In this document: piece after piece, positions 19,067-29,338 of the stretch
How the letters are laid out: the number at the start of each line of letters is the position of its first letter
Position numbering within the stretch: the stretch's first letter is position 1
From: an uncultured Spirochaetota bacterium
GTDB taxonomy: Bacteria > Spirochaetota > Spirochaetia > SZUA-6 > Fen-1364
Direction of reading: 5' to 3'
DNA length: 64,000 nucleotides
Assembly (NCBI GenBank): GCA_963734545.1
Contig: CAVTHO010000007.1
Location: forward strand, 96,001-160,000
Translations under genes and position numbers: made by a program
The notes under the pieces: model-generated
What the model was told of the DNA's origin: nothing
Databases searched by the model: none
What the model saw: only the letters and a program-made list of their open reading frames with translations

Positions 19067-21767
19067 ATGAAGGAACTCCGCATGGTCCTGCGCCCGCTGC
19101 TGATCGGGGCGCTTCTCCTTACCAGGTACATCGCCGCTGCGGAGGCCCCTGAGCTGATGCCGTCAGTCATCATTGTCAGCTCCTATCACCAGGGGTTCGC
19201 CTGGTCTGACGAAGAGCTGCGTGGCCTGCTCGCCCGGCTGCGGGAAGTCTACCCGGGAATCGATCCCCCCGTCGAACATCTGGATACCAAGCGTTTCTCT
19301 TCGCCCTCCTACATGGCGTTCATGAAGGACAAGTTGAAGCGTAAGTATGACGGCAGTCCCGTGGACCTGGTGGTCGCGCTGGATAATCCTGCGCTGGACA
19401 TGCTGATGCGCTATCGCTCCGAGTTGTTCCCCCGCGCGCCGATAGTCTTCGCGGGAGTGAGCGATTTCTCGCCCGCCATGCTCCCCGCGGGAGCACGCAC
19501 GACCGGAGTCGCGGAGATCTCCGATGTGGCAGGAACTCTCCGGCTGGCTTTGCATCTCTTCCCGCTGGCGCGTCAGGTGCTCCTCGTAAACGACTACAGC
19601 GTGAGCGGCCGCGCCGTCCAGCACGAAGCGGAGGTTGCATCCGTCGAGTTTCGAAAGAGGGTGAGTTTCCGTTCACTCCCTCCCTCCACTTTCGAAGAGG
19701 CGGCAAAAGCCATTGCGGACCTGCCCTCCGATGCCGTCGTCCTGCTGCTTTCGTACTCGACGGACCGCAGCGGCCGGACCTACTCGCTGGCAGAGACCAC
19801 GAGAATTTTCGTGGAAGGAGCCACTGTTCCCGTGTTCGGCGCTCATGAGACCAGGCTCGGCTACGGGATCGTGGGGGGGAGCCTGCTGCAGGGGTCCCGG
19901 CACGGCAGGAGGGCGGGGGACATCGCGCTCCGTGTCCTGGGAGGCGCGGACCCCTCCCGGATCCCCGTGGACTTCACCGGGACCTCCCTGGCCATGTTCG
20001 ACTACAAGCAGCTCGCAAGGTTTCACGTGCCCCTGCGGCTTCTGCCCGGCGGAAGCGTAGTCGTCAACAGGCCGGAAACGGTGTTCAGGAAATACCCGGC
20101 CTTTTCCCTCATCACATCCGGGGCAGTCGCCGTTCTCATCCTGCTTGTCGTGCTGCTGGCCTCGGCGAATCTCCGGCGCAGGCGCGCGGAGGGAGGATTG
20201 CGACGCAGCGAGGCGAACCTGACTGCGCTGATAGAGAATACCGAGGACCTCATCGCCTCCCGGGATGCGCAGGGCAGGCTGGTGGCATTCAACGCGTCGT
20301 TCGCGCGGACAGTCAGGGAGATTGCCGATGTCCAGGTACAGCCGGGAATGACCGGCAGCGAATATCTTCCCGACTCCATGAGAGAACCTCTCGACCGGCT
20401 CGGTGGCCGGAGCGCTCAAGGGGCAGCCGCAGCGCGGGGAAGTCACCGGTCATGTGCACGGAGGGACCCGGATTTTCGAGGTTTCCCTTTACCCCATCCG
20501 CGCCGACTCCGCGGTCATCGGGGCCGCTGAGTTTGTGCGTGACATCACCGAGCGCCGGAAGGCGGAACAGGCGCTGCGGGAGTCCGAAGCCAAGCTCGTT
20601 CAATCTCACAAGATGGAAGCGATCGGCCGCCTGGCCGGCGGGATTGCGCACGATTTCAACAATCTGCTCACCGTCATTACCGGCTATGCGAGTCTCGCCA
20701 TCGACCGGGTGGCAAATCGGGCGGACGTGCCCGAAGAGCTGAGTGAAATTCGCAAGTCGGCGCAGAAGGCCGCGACGCTCACGGGGCAGATGCTCGCGTT
20801 CAGCCGCCGGCAGGTGCTGCAGCCGAAGGTCTTCAACCTGAACGTCCTGATCGTGGACATGACGCGGATGCTGCGGCGTCTCATCGGCGAGGATGTCGAG
20901 CTTTCCGTCGCGCTGCAGGCGGGAGTCGGGAACATCCGCGCCGACCCTGCCCAGATCGAGCAGGTGCTCATGAACATCGTGATCAACGCGCGTGATGCCA
21001 TGCCGGAGGGAGGAACGGTGCGGGTGGAGACCCGCGAAGTGGAATCGCGCGCCGGCCTCCCTCATGCGGAAATACCTGCCGGGCGCTACGTGGTGCTCTC
21101 GATCGCCGATTCCGGCAAAGGCATGGACGGTGATACCCTTTCGCGAATTTTCGAGCCTTTTTTCACGACGAAAGAGAAGGGGAGAGGCACCGGCCTGGGC
21201 CTTTCCACGGCATATGGGATCGTGAAGCAGAGTGGGGGATGGATCTACTGCACGAGCAGACCGGGCGAGGGGGCAACCTTCAGCATCTGGCTGCCCTGTG
21301 TGGCAGAGGAAGTCGAGGAGACGAAGACAGTGACCGCTGCCCCGGCTCCGCTGGGCGGCGCCGAGACGATCCTGCTCGTGGAAGATGACAAATCGGTGCG
21401 CAGGTTTCTCTCCTCGGTTCTGGCGAGTGCGGGCTACACGGTGCGCGAAGCCGGCGACGGGAAGGAGGCCATTCTGGCCCTCCGTGAGGGCCCCGCAGCC
21501 CTCGTGGTGACCGACATGGTCATGCCGCACATGGGGGGCCGGGAATTGACGAACATTGTGCGCCAGGAATTCCCCGGCACAAGGCTTCTCATTACGTCCG
21601 GTTACCTTTCCGACCCTGCGACGTGGCGCTGGATCATGGAGGACAGGCTGCGGCTGTTACAGAAGCCCTTTGGACCGCAGGAGCTCCTGGCCGCGGTCCG
21701 CGAGTCACTTGATGAACCCTCACTTCCGCCCGGACCCGATTCCATAGGAAAAGGACCGCCGTCCTGA
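19067..21767 (+). CDS. Hybrid sensor histidine kinase (periplasmic ABC-binding-like sensor, PAS, HisKA, HATPase, REC); +1 frameshift near 20402
   Basis: AGGIAHDFNNLL, FEPFFTTK, GTGLGL, C-terminal REC VTDMVMP; the two ORFs join at CGG CTC (G) GTG GCC. Confidence 0.88.
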
Positions 21768-24383
21768 ACCCACGATAGCGCGCGCTCCTTCAGCATCCGG
21801 CAGGAAATCAGCTTCTCCCTTCAGTTTCTCCCGCGCTGCGCCGGGGAAGACTACGAGCGCGGTGGTGTTCGGCGGGACGACAACGGTAATACGCATCTCG
21901 GCCGCCTCGCGCCTCCACTCCAGGGAAGCAGGACCGTAAGGGGTCACGAGTTCGGCTCTGGCCCATGTGAGACCGCCGCCCGGCCGCGGTCTCATGAGGA
22001 TTCTCTTGAATCCCGGGGCCCCGGGGTCCGTGTCCAGGCCCGCTACTGTCCGGTAAAGCCAGTCTCCGACGGCGCCGTAGGCATAGTGGTTGAACGAGTT
22101 CATGTTTGCGCTCCACATGGTCCCGTCCGGCTTGAGGCCGTCCCAGTGCTCCCAGATCGTGGTCGCGCCCCGCGTAACCTGATAGAGCCATGAAGGAAAG
22201 TCCTTTTGCAGAAGAAGGGCGTACGCGTCTTCGAGCCTGCCGTTCTCGCTGAGGGCGCGGCAGAAATAGGGGGTGCCGAGGAAACCGGTGGTCAGATGCC
22301 CGCCCGTCTCCTTCAGCAGGGCGAGAAGGGCGGTCACGGTGCGCTCGCGATGCTCATCCGGGACGAGGTCAAAGGCAAGCGCAAGAATGTGCGCTGTCTG
22401 CGTGCGTGATGCGAGCCGGCCGGAAGGCGTAAAGAATTCCCGGCGAAATGCCTCCACGATCCTCTCGTGCAGCCGGCGGTAGCTTTCCGCGTCATCCCGA
22501 AGGTCGAGAGCCGCGGCGGATTCAGCCAGAAGCGCCGTGGAATACGAGTAGAATGCGGTGGCAATGAGATCGTGAGGGGTGGCGCCGGTATAACTGCCTT
22601 CCTTTGCGTCGAGGGCAACCCAGTCCCCCAGGTGAAAACCGCTGTTCCACAGCACGCCGTCTTGCGCGCGGGCGCGCACGTATTCCACCCACCCCTTCAT
22701 GCTTCCATACTGGCGCTCGAGCATCCGCCTGTCTCCATAGCACTGGTAGATGGTCCAGGGACAGATTACCGCGGCATCGGCCCACCCGCTGGATGAATGC
22801 GGCTGTTTCATCATCGTGTCCGCCGCTGGCGCGCCCGAGAGTACGTCGGGGACAACGTATGGCACGCCGCCGTCTGGAAGCTGGTCGGCCGCGAGATCAC
22901 GCAGCCATTTCGTGAAGAAGGAAGCCGTCCCCATGTGGAAACAGGCCGTGCGGATGAATACCTGCGCGTCTCCTGTCCATCCCATCCGCTCGTCCCTCTG
23001 CGGACAATCCGTGGGGATGTCGACGAAATTGCCCTTCAGGCTCCAGAGGATGTTGTGGTGCAGCGCGTTGAGCAGGGGATGCGAGCAGGCAAAATCCCCG
23101 GTCTGCTCCATCTCGGAATGGAGCACGACCGCGGCGAAGTCGCCGATGGACGGCGTGCCCGGGTACTCCTCGATCTTGACGTAGCGGAACCCCTGGTACG
23201 TGAAGTGCGGCTCGAAGGTCTCCTGCTCCCCGCCCTTCAGCACGTACTCGATGCGCGCCTTTGCGCTCCTCAGATTGGCTGTGTAGAAATTGCCCGCCTC
23301 ATCCAGGATCTCCGCGTGTCTGAGCACGACCTTCTCGCCGGCTTTGCCCTTGACCGTGAAACGCACCCAGCCGGCCAGGTTCTGGCCGAAATCGAGGACC
23401 CGCTCCCCGCCGGGGGTGGTGAAGAGCGAGACTGCGGGAACAGTCTCCTGCCGCTTGACGACAGGGCCGTCCTGGGCTGTGAGAATCGAATGATCGTGCG
23501 CGAGAACAGCGGCCGGCTGCCACGCGGTGTCGTCGAATCCCGGCTCGTCCCAGCCGCCTGACTCCCTCCGCGCGTCGTATGTCTCCCCGTGATAGATCTC
23601 CGCGTACGTGATGGGCCCGTCGGAGGTCTTCCACCGTGGATCCGAAGTCACCACCTGCTCGCGACCGTCGGCAAAGCGGATCATCATCTGGAAAAACAGG
23701 GCGGTGCGGCTTCCATAGATGCCGCGGCGTCCGAGCCATCCGACCAGGTCCCCTTTGTACCAGCCGCACCCCAGCGTGGCGCCGACCGCATTTGCGCCGC
23801 GGCGCAGCATCCGGGTGACATCGTAGGTCTGGTAGAGAAGGCGCTTCCGGTAGGCGGTCCAGCCCGGCGTGAAGAGCGCGTCCCCCACGCGCTCGCCATT
23901 GAGGGAAAGCTCATACAGGCCGAGGGCAGTGGCGTATACCCGCCCCCATGCGATCTCGCCGTCGAGCGTGAACTCTGTCCTCAGGCGCATACCGCGCGAG
24001 GAATCGGGCGCATCGTCCACGGGTGAAATGAAGCCCGCCTTCCAGATCGAAGGCTCGAAAATTGCCGTCTCGAAATACGCGGAAGCGCTCAATGGGCTCT
24101 CCTGCCCGTGGTTGTCCGTGATCCTGACCCGCCAATGGTAGCGCGTGCAGGAAAGAAGAGCGGGGCCCGCATACTCCACCAGCACGGAGTCCGGGGATTC
24201 CACTGTGCCGCTGTCCCAGAGTATTTCGTGGAAGTCGTGGTGGAGGCTGACATGGAGACGGTAGCTCGTTTGCACGACGTCCGAGGCGTCCGTTTCCAGG
24301 TTCCATCCGAGCCGCGGTCGAGCTTCAGCGATTCCCAGAGGGTTCTCCTGGTACTCGCATCTCAGCTTAATTGCCTTCAGCAT
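21720..24383 (-). CDS. Alpha-L-rhamnosidase (GH78)
   Basis: LRCEYQENPLG, DFGQNL, FTYQGFRY, PTDCPQRDERMGWTGD, GATTIWEHW, SFNHY. Alternative in-frame start at 24542. Confidence 0.92.
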   Translation of the reverse strand: MLKAIKLRCEYQENPLGIAEARPRLGWNLETDASDVVQTSYRLHVSLHHDFHEILWDSGTVESPDSVLVEYAGPALLSCTRYHWRVRITDNHGQESPLSASAYFETAIFEPSIWKAGFISPVDDAPDSSRGMRLRTEFTLDGEIAWGRVYATALGLYELSLNGERVGDALFTPGWTAYRKRLLYQTYDVTRMLRRGANAVGATLGCGWYKGDLVGWLGRRGIYGSRTALFFQMMIRFADGREQVVTSDPRWKTSDGPITYAEIYHGETYDARRESGGWDEPGFDDTAWQPAAVLAHDHSILTAQDGPVVKRQETVPAVSLFTTPGGERVLDFGQNLAGWVRFTVKGKAGEKVVLRHAEILDEAGNFYTANLRSAKARIEYVLKGGEQETFEPHFTYQGFRYVKIEEYPGTPSIGDFAAVVLHSEMEQTGDFACSHPLLNALHHNILWSLKGNFVDIPTDCPQRDERMGWTGDAQVFIRTACFHMGTASFFTKWLRDLAADQLPDGGVPYVVPDVLSGAPAADTMMKQPHSSSGWADAAVICPWTIYQCYGDRRMLERQYGSMKGWVEYVRARAQDGVLWNSGFHLGDWVALDAKEGSYTGATPHDLIATAFYSYSTALLAESAAALDLRDDAESYRRLHERIVEAFRREFFTPSGRLASRTQTAHILALAFDLVPDEHRERTVTALLALLKETGGHLTTGFLGTPYFCRALSENGRLEDAYALLLQKDFPSWLYQVTRGATTIWEHWDGLKPDGTMWSANMNSFNHYAYGAVGDWLYRTVAGLDTDPGAPGFKRILMRPRPGGGLTWARAELVTPYGPASLEWRREAAEMRITVVVPPNTTALVVFPGAAREKLKGEADFLPDAEGARAIVGSGRRSFSYGIGSGRK

Positions 24384-24395
24384 TGCTCTACGCCC

Positions 24396-24530
24396 GCGCC
24401 GCGGTACTCCGCGGATTCTGCGCCGCGGTACTCCGCGGATTCTGCGCCGCGGTACTCCGCGGATTCTGCGCCGCGGTACGGGTGTACCCGTTCGGCGAGT
24501 ACGCCGTACTCCGCGGATTTTGCGCCGCGG
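24396..24530 (-). repeat. Tandem REP-like array, 24-bp period, with a nested hairpin insert in the fourth unit
   Basis: (GCGCCGCGGTACTCCGCGGATTCT)x3, then a unit interrupted at GTAC. Confidence 0.9.
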
Positions 24531-24538
24531 CTCCGCGC

Positions 24539-25433
24539 TCATGCTTTTACCGCTCCTGCCGTGATTCCCGCGACAATCCTCTTGTTGAAGAATATGAAGA
24601 GGATGAGAGGGGGAATAGAGATCAGCACAACGTCTGCAAAGAGCAGATTCCATTGGCTGACGAACCTGCTCATGAAATTGTACAGCGTGAGCTGCACGGT
24701 CGCGTTTTTTGCGCCGGGCAGGAAATAGAGCGGGATTGACGAAATCGTTGAAGATGGCGACCGCGGAGAGGACGATGATGGTCGAGGTGACGGGCTGGAG
24801 CAGGGGAAACACGATGCGGCCGAAGAGCTGGAAGCCGCCGCAGCCGTCGATGATGGCGGCCTCGTCGATCTCACGCGGCACCGTCACCACGAATCCGCGA
24901 TACAGCAGGGTGGAAAAGGGGAAGCCGAGCGCCACCTCCACCAGGACCAGCCCCGGCAGCGTCTTGAACAATCCTACGCCTCGAAGGACCCAGATGGTGG
25001 GAACAATGGAGGGGGGAATCATGAGCCCGGCGAGAACCAGGAAGTTGATCAGGGAGGTCGCCTTGCCCGCTCTGCGCTGCATGACGAAGCCCGCCATCGA
25101 GCAGACGAGAATCATCACCGCTATCGATAGGACGGTGAGCAGCGTGCTGTTGAAGAAGGCGCGGAGGACGAGCCCGTCCTGGGCCCTGAGAACCGCCAGA
25201 TAGTTCTCGATGATATGTAACGTCTGCGGCAGGTCGATGCTCATATCCGCCGCGTCTGCCGCGCTTTTGAAAGAGTTCAGTATCACGAAGTAGTAAGGGA
25301 CCCCGAACAGGAGAATCGAAAGCACGACGCCGACGCCCTCCGCCAGGAGACGGACGGCGCGCCGTCTCAAAGGGACGGAGGACCGTCTCAACGGGACGGA
25401 GGACCGTCTCAACGGGGCGGTACGCCTCCTCAC
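24539..25433 (-). CDS. Carbohydrate ABC transporter permease (MalG-like); +1 frameshift near 24733
   Basis: FFNS, EIDEAAIIDG EAA loop, FNDF; C-terminus in 24539..24874; GTG start overlaps the upstream stop. Confidence 0.88.
25362..25420 (-). repeat. 21-bp tandem hairpin repeat in the permease 5' end
   Basis: CCGTCTCAAMGGGACGGAGGA x~3, encoding PLRRSSV repeats. Confidence 0.75.
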
Positions 25434-26296
25434 AGGTCGACCTCGTGCCGGGTGAGGTATCGGTAGAGCGGGACGGCCAGGAGGGACACCACGATGAAGA
25501 GAATCACGTTTCCCGCCGTGGCAAGCCCATAAAATCCTCCCGTGTACTGCTTGTAGATGATGGAGGCAATGAGGTCCGTCGTGAACCCTGGTCCCCCTTT
25601 GGTCATCGCCCAGATCAGGTCGAATGTCCGGAGGCCCCCGATGAAGGCAAGGATGATGACGGAGTTCATGGCGGGCCGGCACAGGGGGAGGGTGATGAAC
25701 CGGAACCTGATCCATCCGCCGCCGCCGTCCATGGAGAGCGCCTCATAGTACTGCCGCGGGATGGAATTGATGCCCGCAATGTAGATCACGGTGGCCACGC
25801 CCACGCCCTTCCACACGTCCACCAGCGCAACCGACACGAGCGCGAGGTGGACGTTGCCCAGCCAGTCAGGTCCGGGAATCCCGATCAGCGCGAGGGCCTT
25901 GTTGATCACTCCCCGGGAGGGATGCATGAGGCTGCCGAAGGTGATGCCGACCGCGATGGTGCTCAGCAGGTTGGGGAAGAACACCATTGCGCGCAGGTAT
26001 CCCTTGGTGCCGATATCCGAGCAAAGGAGAACCCCCAGCAGGAGGCCCAGAATGACCTTCAGACCGCAGGTCAGCACTGCATAGACGATCGTGTTTCGAA
26101 ATCCGATGCGGAGCGAGGACTCCGTGAAGAACATGTGGAAGTTGTCCAGGCCGGTGAAGTACCAGTTGGTGAGAGTCCAGCGTGTCATGCTGAAGAAGAA
26201 GGATATGAGGGTCGGCAGGAGGAACAGTCCTCCGTAGATGACCAGGGCGGGGAGGAGAAAGGCATACGAATAGTGCCCGCGGGACTGCGCCGTCAT
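25430..26296 (-). CDS. Carbohydrate ABC transporter permease (MalF-like)
   Basis: FTGLDNF, YYEALSMDG, FRFITLP, MTKGGPG. Confidence 0.9.
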   Translation of the reverse strand: MTAQSRGHYSYAFLLPALVIYGGLFLLPTLISFFFSMTRWTLTNWYFTGLDNFHMFFTESSLRIGFRNTIVYAVLTCGLKVILGLLLGVLLCSDIGTKGYLRAMVFFPNLLSTIAVGITFGSLMHPSRGVINKALALIGIPGPDWLGNVHLALVSVALVDVWKGVGVATVIYIAGINSIPRQYYEALSMDGGGGWIRFRFITLPLCRPAMNSVIILAFIGGLRTFDLIWAMTKGGPGFTTDLIASIIYKQYTGGFYGLATAGNVILFIVVSLLAVPLYRYLTRHEVDL

Positions 26297-26314
26297 TCCG
26301 ATCCTCTGAAAGCG

Positions 26315-26340
26315 TGGTCCCGCCGAGGCCGGCGGGACCA
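26315..26340 (-). other. Intercistronic stem-loop between binding-protein and permease genes
   Basis: TGGTCCCGCCG-AGGC-CGGCGGGACCA perfect 11-bp stem, in the usual position of an mRNA stabiliser or attenuator. Confidence 0.55.
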
Positions 26341-26355
26341 TTACGGGAGGCGATG

Positions 26356-27640
26356 CTACCAGCCGGCCAGCCCGAGCTGCTTTGCCTGCTTCTCCACGTC
26401 CTTGTCGTAGTCCTTTGCCGCGTCCAGAGGCGCGGTGATGCCGCTCCCCACCTCCACGCAGATCTGCGGCAGGTTCGGCCCCTTGATCGGGGACAGGAAC
26501 TCCAGCGCGGGCGCCGTGCGCCCCGAGTCGAAGTACGGGAGCATGTCCTTCACCGCGGGCAGGACGTCGTTGGGAAGGGTGACGCCCCGGATCGCGAAAG
26601 GTCCCCCGGGCTTCTGCTCTTCCATTTGCAGGGAGACTCCTTCCTTGGAGACGAAGTAGGCAACCCACTTCTTGGCGGCGTCGACGTTTTTTCCGTTCTT
26701 GTAGACGTAGATGCCGGCGGGCATCCACACGGTGAGCTCCGTTGCTGCCCGGCGTGTCACCCGGTTGCCCGAAGAACCCGATGTCGTTCGCCTTGTCCGG
26801 CGCAAGCGTCCTGATATTGGCCAGTGCGAAGGTGAGCATCGGGTAGTGCGCGCCGGTGCCGTCGGCGAGCATCTTCAGCGCCTGCTCGAAGGTGGTGGCC
26901 AGAAGGTCCTTGTTCATGTAGCCTTTCTTATTGATTTCCTGGAGCTTCTCGAAGCTCCGCAATGCGATGGGCGTGCCGGCAAAAGTGGCTTTGTGCGCCG
27001 TGTAGTCCGCGGCAAATCTCGGCATCTTTGCCTGGACATTGAAATAGTCGGCCAGCACGATGAGCTGGGATGTCCAGTCGTCCTTGTACGAGCCGATCAC
27101 CGCGGTCTTTCCCGCCGCCTTGATCTTTTCGCAGTTGGCCAGCAATTGCGCCCATGTCGTGGGCACCTTCAGACCGAGCTGGGCATAGACCTTTTTGTTG
27201 TACAGCCATCCTCCGCCCATCGCGGTGTCGGCGGGGACTCCATAGACCCTGCCGTCGACGCTGACGGTCGACTTGAACGAATCGAGCACCGTCGCCATGT
27301 ACGGCTCGTCCGTCAGATCGACGAAGTTCTGCGGCGGGTTCAGCGCCTGGAACAGGGAGCCGGAGTTGTAATAGCTCAGGTCGTCCATGTCTCCCGTTGC
27401 CAGGCGTGTCTTCACGACATTGTCGCCTTCCGCGCCCCCCGGGCGAAGATCGATGGTGAGCGTGATGTTGAGCTTCTTCTCGGCAGCGGCAATGACGGCC
27501 TTGATGCCATTCAGGGCAGACTGATTGTCCACCAGGAACGACAAATTCACCTTCTGTCCCGCGGCCTGCGCGCCGACGCTGGTGGTCGCCACCAGCGCGA
27601 GCAGACCGACGACGAGGACCAGGGAAACAGATTTTCTCAT
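26356..27640 (-). CDS. Sugar ABC transporter substrate-binding protein; +1 frameshift near 26737
   Basis: AGGAGG RBS, signal peptide, KTRLATGDM, YGVP, LYNKKVY, VPTTW; C-terminus in 26356..26805. Confidence 0.88.
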
Positions 27641-27733
27641 GATTCTCCTCCTTGCTGGAAGGCATCGTAGCATCGGCACAGAAGGAGATACATGGATTTT
27701 CCAGCACGACGCGATGCAAAATCCAATACTCAC

Positions 27734-29338
27734 TCAGGATCTTCCCGAGGGCTCGCGGCGCGCGTGCTCGGAAGGCGGCACGCCTGTGACGGACTTGAAC
27801 ACGCGGCTGAAATAGAACTGATCGTGGTAGCCGACAAAGGCGGCGACATCCTTCAGCGGCATGAGGGGATTTTCCTGCATGAGCCGCTTGGCCGCATCGA
27901 TCCGCACGGTCGTGAGAAAGTCGTTGAACGAGGTACCCTCGTACCGCCGAAACAGCTTGCTGAGATATGATTGCGAGATGGCGAACGCGTCGCAGACCGA
28001 CTGCAGCGTAATGGGGTCGGTGTAGTTGGCGCGGAGGTAGCGCTCGATGGCTTGAAGGAGCTCGGGAATATCCGTCCCGTGCCGGGGAGTGCCGGGAGAA
28101 CTGGTGATTCTTGCCACGAGGCTCCATGTCTTTTCGACGAGCTCGCAGTAGGTTGCCGACGCGTGCAGCGCGTCGTCCAGCATGAGCTCGACGTCTTCTA
28201 CCGCGGAGAGGCCGCTCCGGGGGGATTTCTTCACCACGAGGTGAAGCACCTGCCGCAGGTATGCCTCAACCCAGAGCTGCGGCTTGTTTTCCCTTTCCCA
28301 CCCCTGGAGAAGCTTCCTCAGCTCCGCTTCCAGCTCCGCATGCATTGCGTTGGAGACGAGGAAATCGATACGGCTCCCCAGCTCGGGGTCGAGGACCGCC
28401 GGGCTCACCTGCCCTGCGCGGGGGCCAGATCCGCCGGGTACGTCGGCGCCAAATCCGCCGGGTACGGCGGCGCCAAATCCGCCGGGTACGGCGGCGCGGT
28501 CTGCCGAAACGGAAAGGACCTGCGACAGGCCGATCACGAGCGCGGAATCGAGGGCCCGGTAGAGCGCCGCGACATGAGCGGGGATGGAATCGAGGCTGAA
28601 TGCCCCTTGATGAAAAAGAACCGTGTGGAAGATTTCGGAGCGCGCTTCGGCAAGCGCCGCGATCTGCTTCCTGACTATCTCCGCCTTCATGTGCTCGGGC
28701 GTGTATATGAACAGCACCTCTGCCCGGTCGCGGCCCGGGAGACTCCATATGTCTTTTTCCTCGAGGCTCTTCCTTGCCGCGGCGAGCGTTTCGGTCACGT
28801 CATGCTCCCTGAGCGGAGCGAGCGAGCGGGAGGGAAGCCCGCCATTGCGGAGAAGGGCCGCGCAATAGCGATTGAAGGGAAGGTATCTTTCAATCTGCCA
28901 CGGGACGAGGGGAGCTCCGGCCATCGCCGTCTTCAGCAGGTCGGTGCGTTTCGCATGGTAGTCTCCCGCGAGGCGCCGTCCGAGAGAATCGAGCAGTCTC
29001 TTGAGCTGGACCGCGTTCACCGGCTTCAGGAGATAGTCGACCACGCCCGAGTTGAGCGCGCGCCGCGCGTAGTCGAACTCCTGGTAGCCGCTCACGATCA
29101 CCGTGTAGATGAACGGGAGCTCCTGCCCGATCTGCGCCGCGAGCTCTATCCCGTTCATGAGGGGCATCTTGATGTCCGTGATCACGATGTCGGGCAGATC
29201 CTGGCGGATCTTTTCAAGCGCCTCCTTGCCGTTCTCCGCCGTGCCGATCACTTCGAAGCCCGCACATCTGGATTCTATGATCGAGCGCAGATAGCGGACG
29301 GCGGAGGGCTCGTCTTCAACCAGCAGCAATCTCGGCAT
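27734..29338 (-). CDS. YesN-like response regulator (REC + AraC HTH)
   Basis: LLVEDE, ITDIKMP, DYLLKP; SYLSKLF...VGYHDQFYFSRVFK. Confidence 0.92.
   Translation of the reverse strand: MPRLLLVEDEPSAVRYLRSIIESRCAGFEVIGTAENGKEALEKIRQDLPDIVITDIKMPLMNGIELAAQIGQELPFIYTVIVSGYQEFDYARRALNSGVVDYLLKPVNAVQLKRLLDSLGRRLAGDYHAKRTDLLKTAMAGAPLVPWQIERYLPFNRYCAALLRNGGLPSRSLAPLREHDVTETLAAARKSLEEKDIWSLPGRDRAEVLFIYTPEHMKAEIVRKQIAALAEARSEIFHTVLFHQGAFSLDSIPAHVAALYRALDSALVIGLSQVLSVSADRAAVPGGFGAAVPGGFGADVPGGSGPRAGQVSPAVLDPELGSRIDFLVSNAMHAELEAELRKLLQGWERENKPQLWVEAYLRQVLHLVVKKSPRSGLSAVEDVELMLDDALHASATYCELVEKTWSLVARITSSPGTPRHGTDIPELLQAIERYLRANYTDPITLQSVCDAFAISQSYLSKLFRRYEGTSFNDFLTTVRIDAAKRLMQENPLMPLKDVAAFVGYHDQFYFSRVFKSVTGVPPSEHARREPSGRS
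28428..28497 (+). repeat. Three in-frame hairpin units (24-bp period) inside the response regulator
   Basis: RATCCGCCG-GGTA-CGKCGGCGC; encodes AAVPGGFG/AAVPGGFG/ADVPGGSG on the minus strand. Confidence 0.85.

Noticed and set aside
21720-27733. Apparent fusions permease-GH78 (1331 aa), binding protein-permease (767 aa) and prpC-prpD read-through
   Set aside because: Produced by +1 frameshifts and stop-free GC-rich linkers; separate genes with normal starts explain them.
16726-28497. Tandem palindromic repeats as CRISPR arrays
   Set aside because: Units are separated by only a few bases with no unique spacers, and there are no cas genes in the window.
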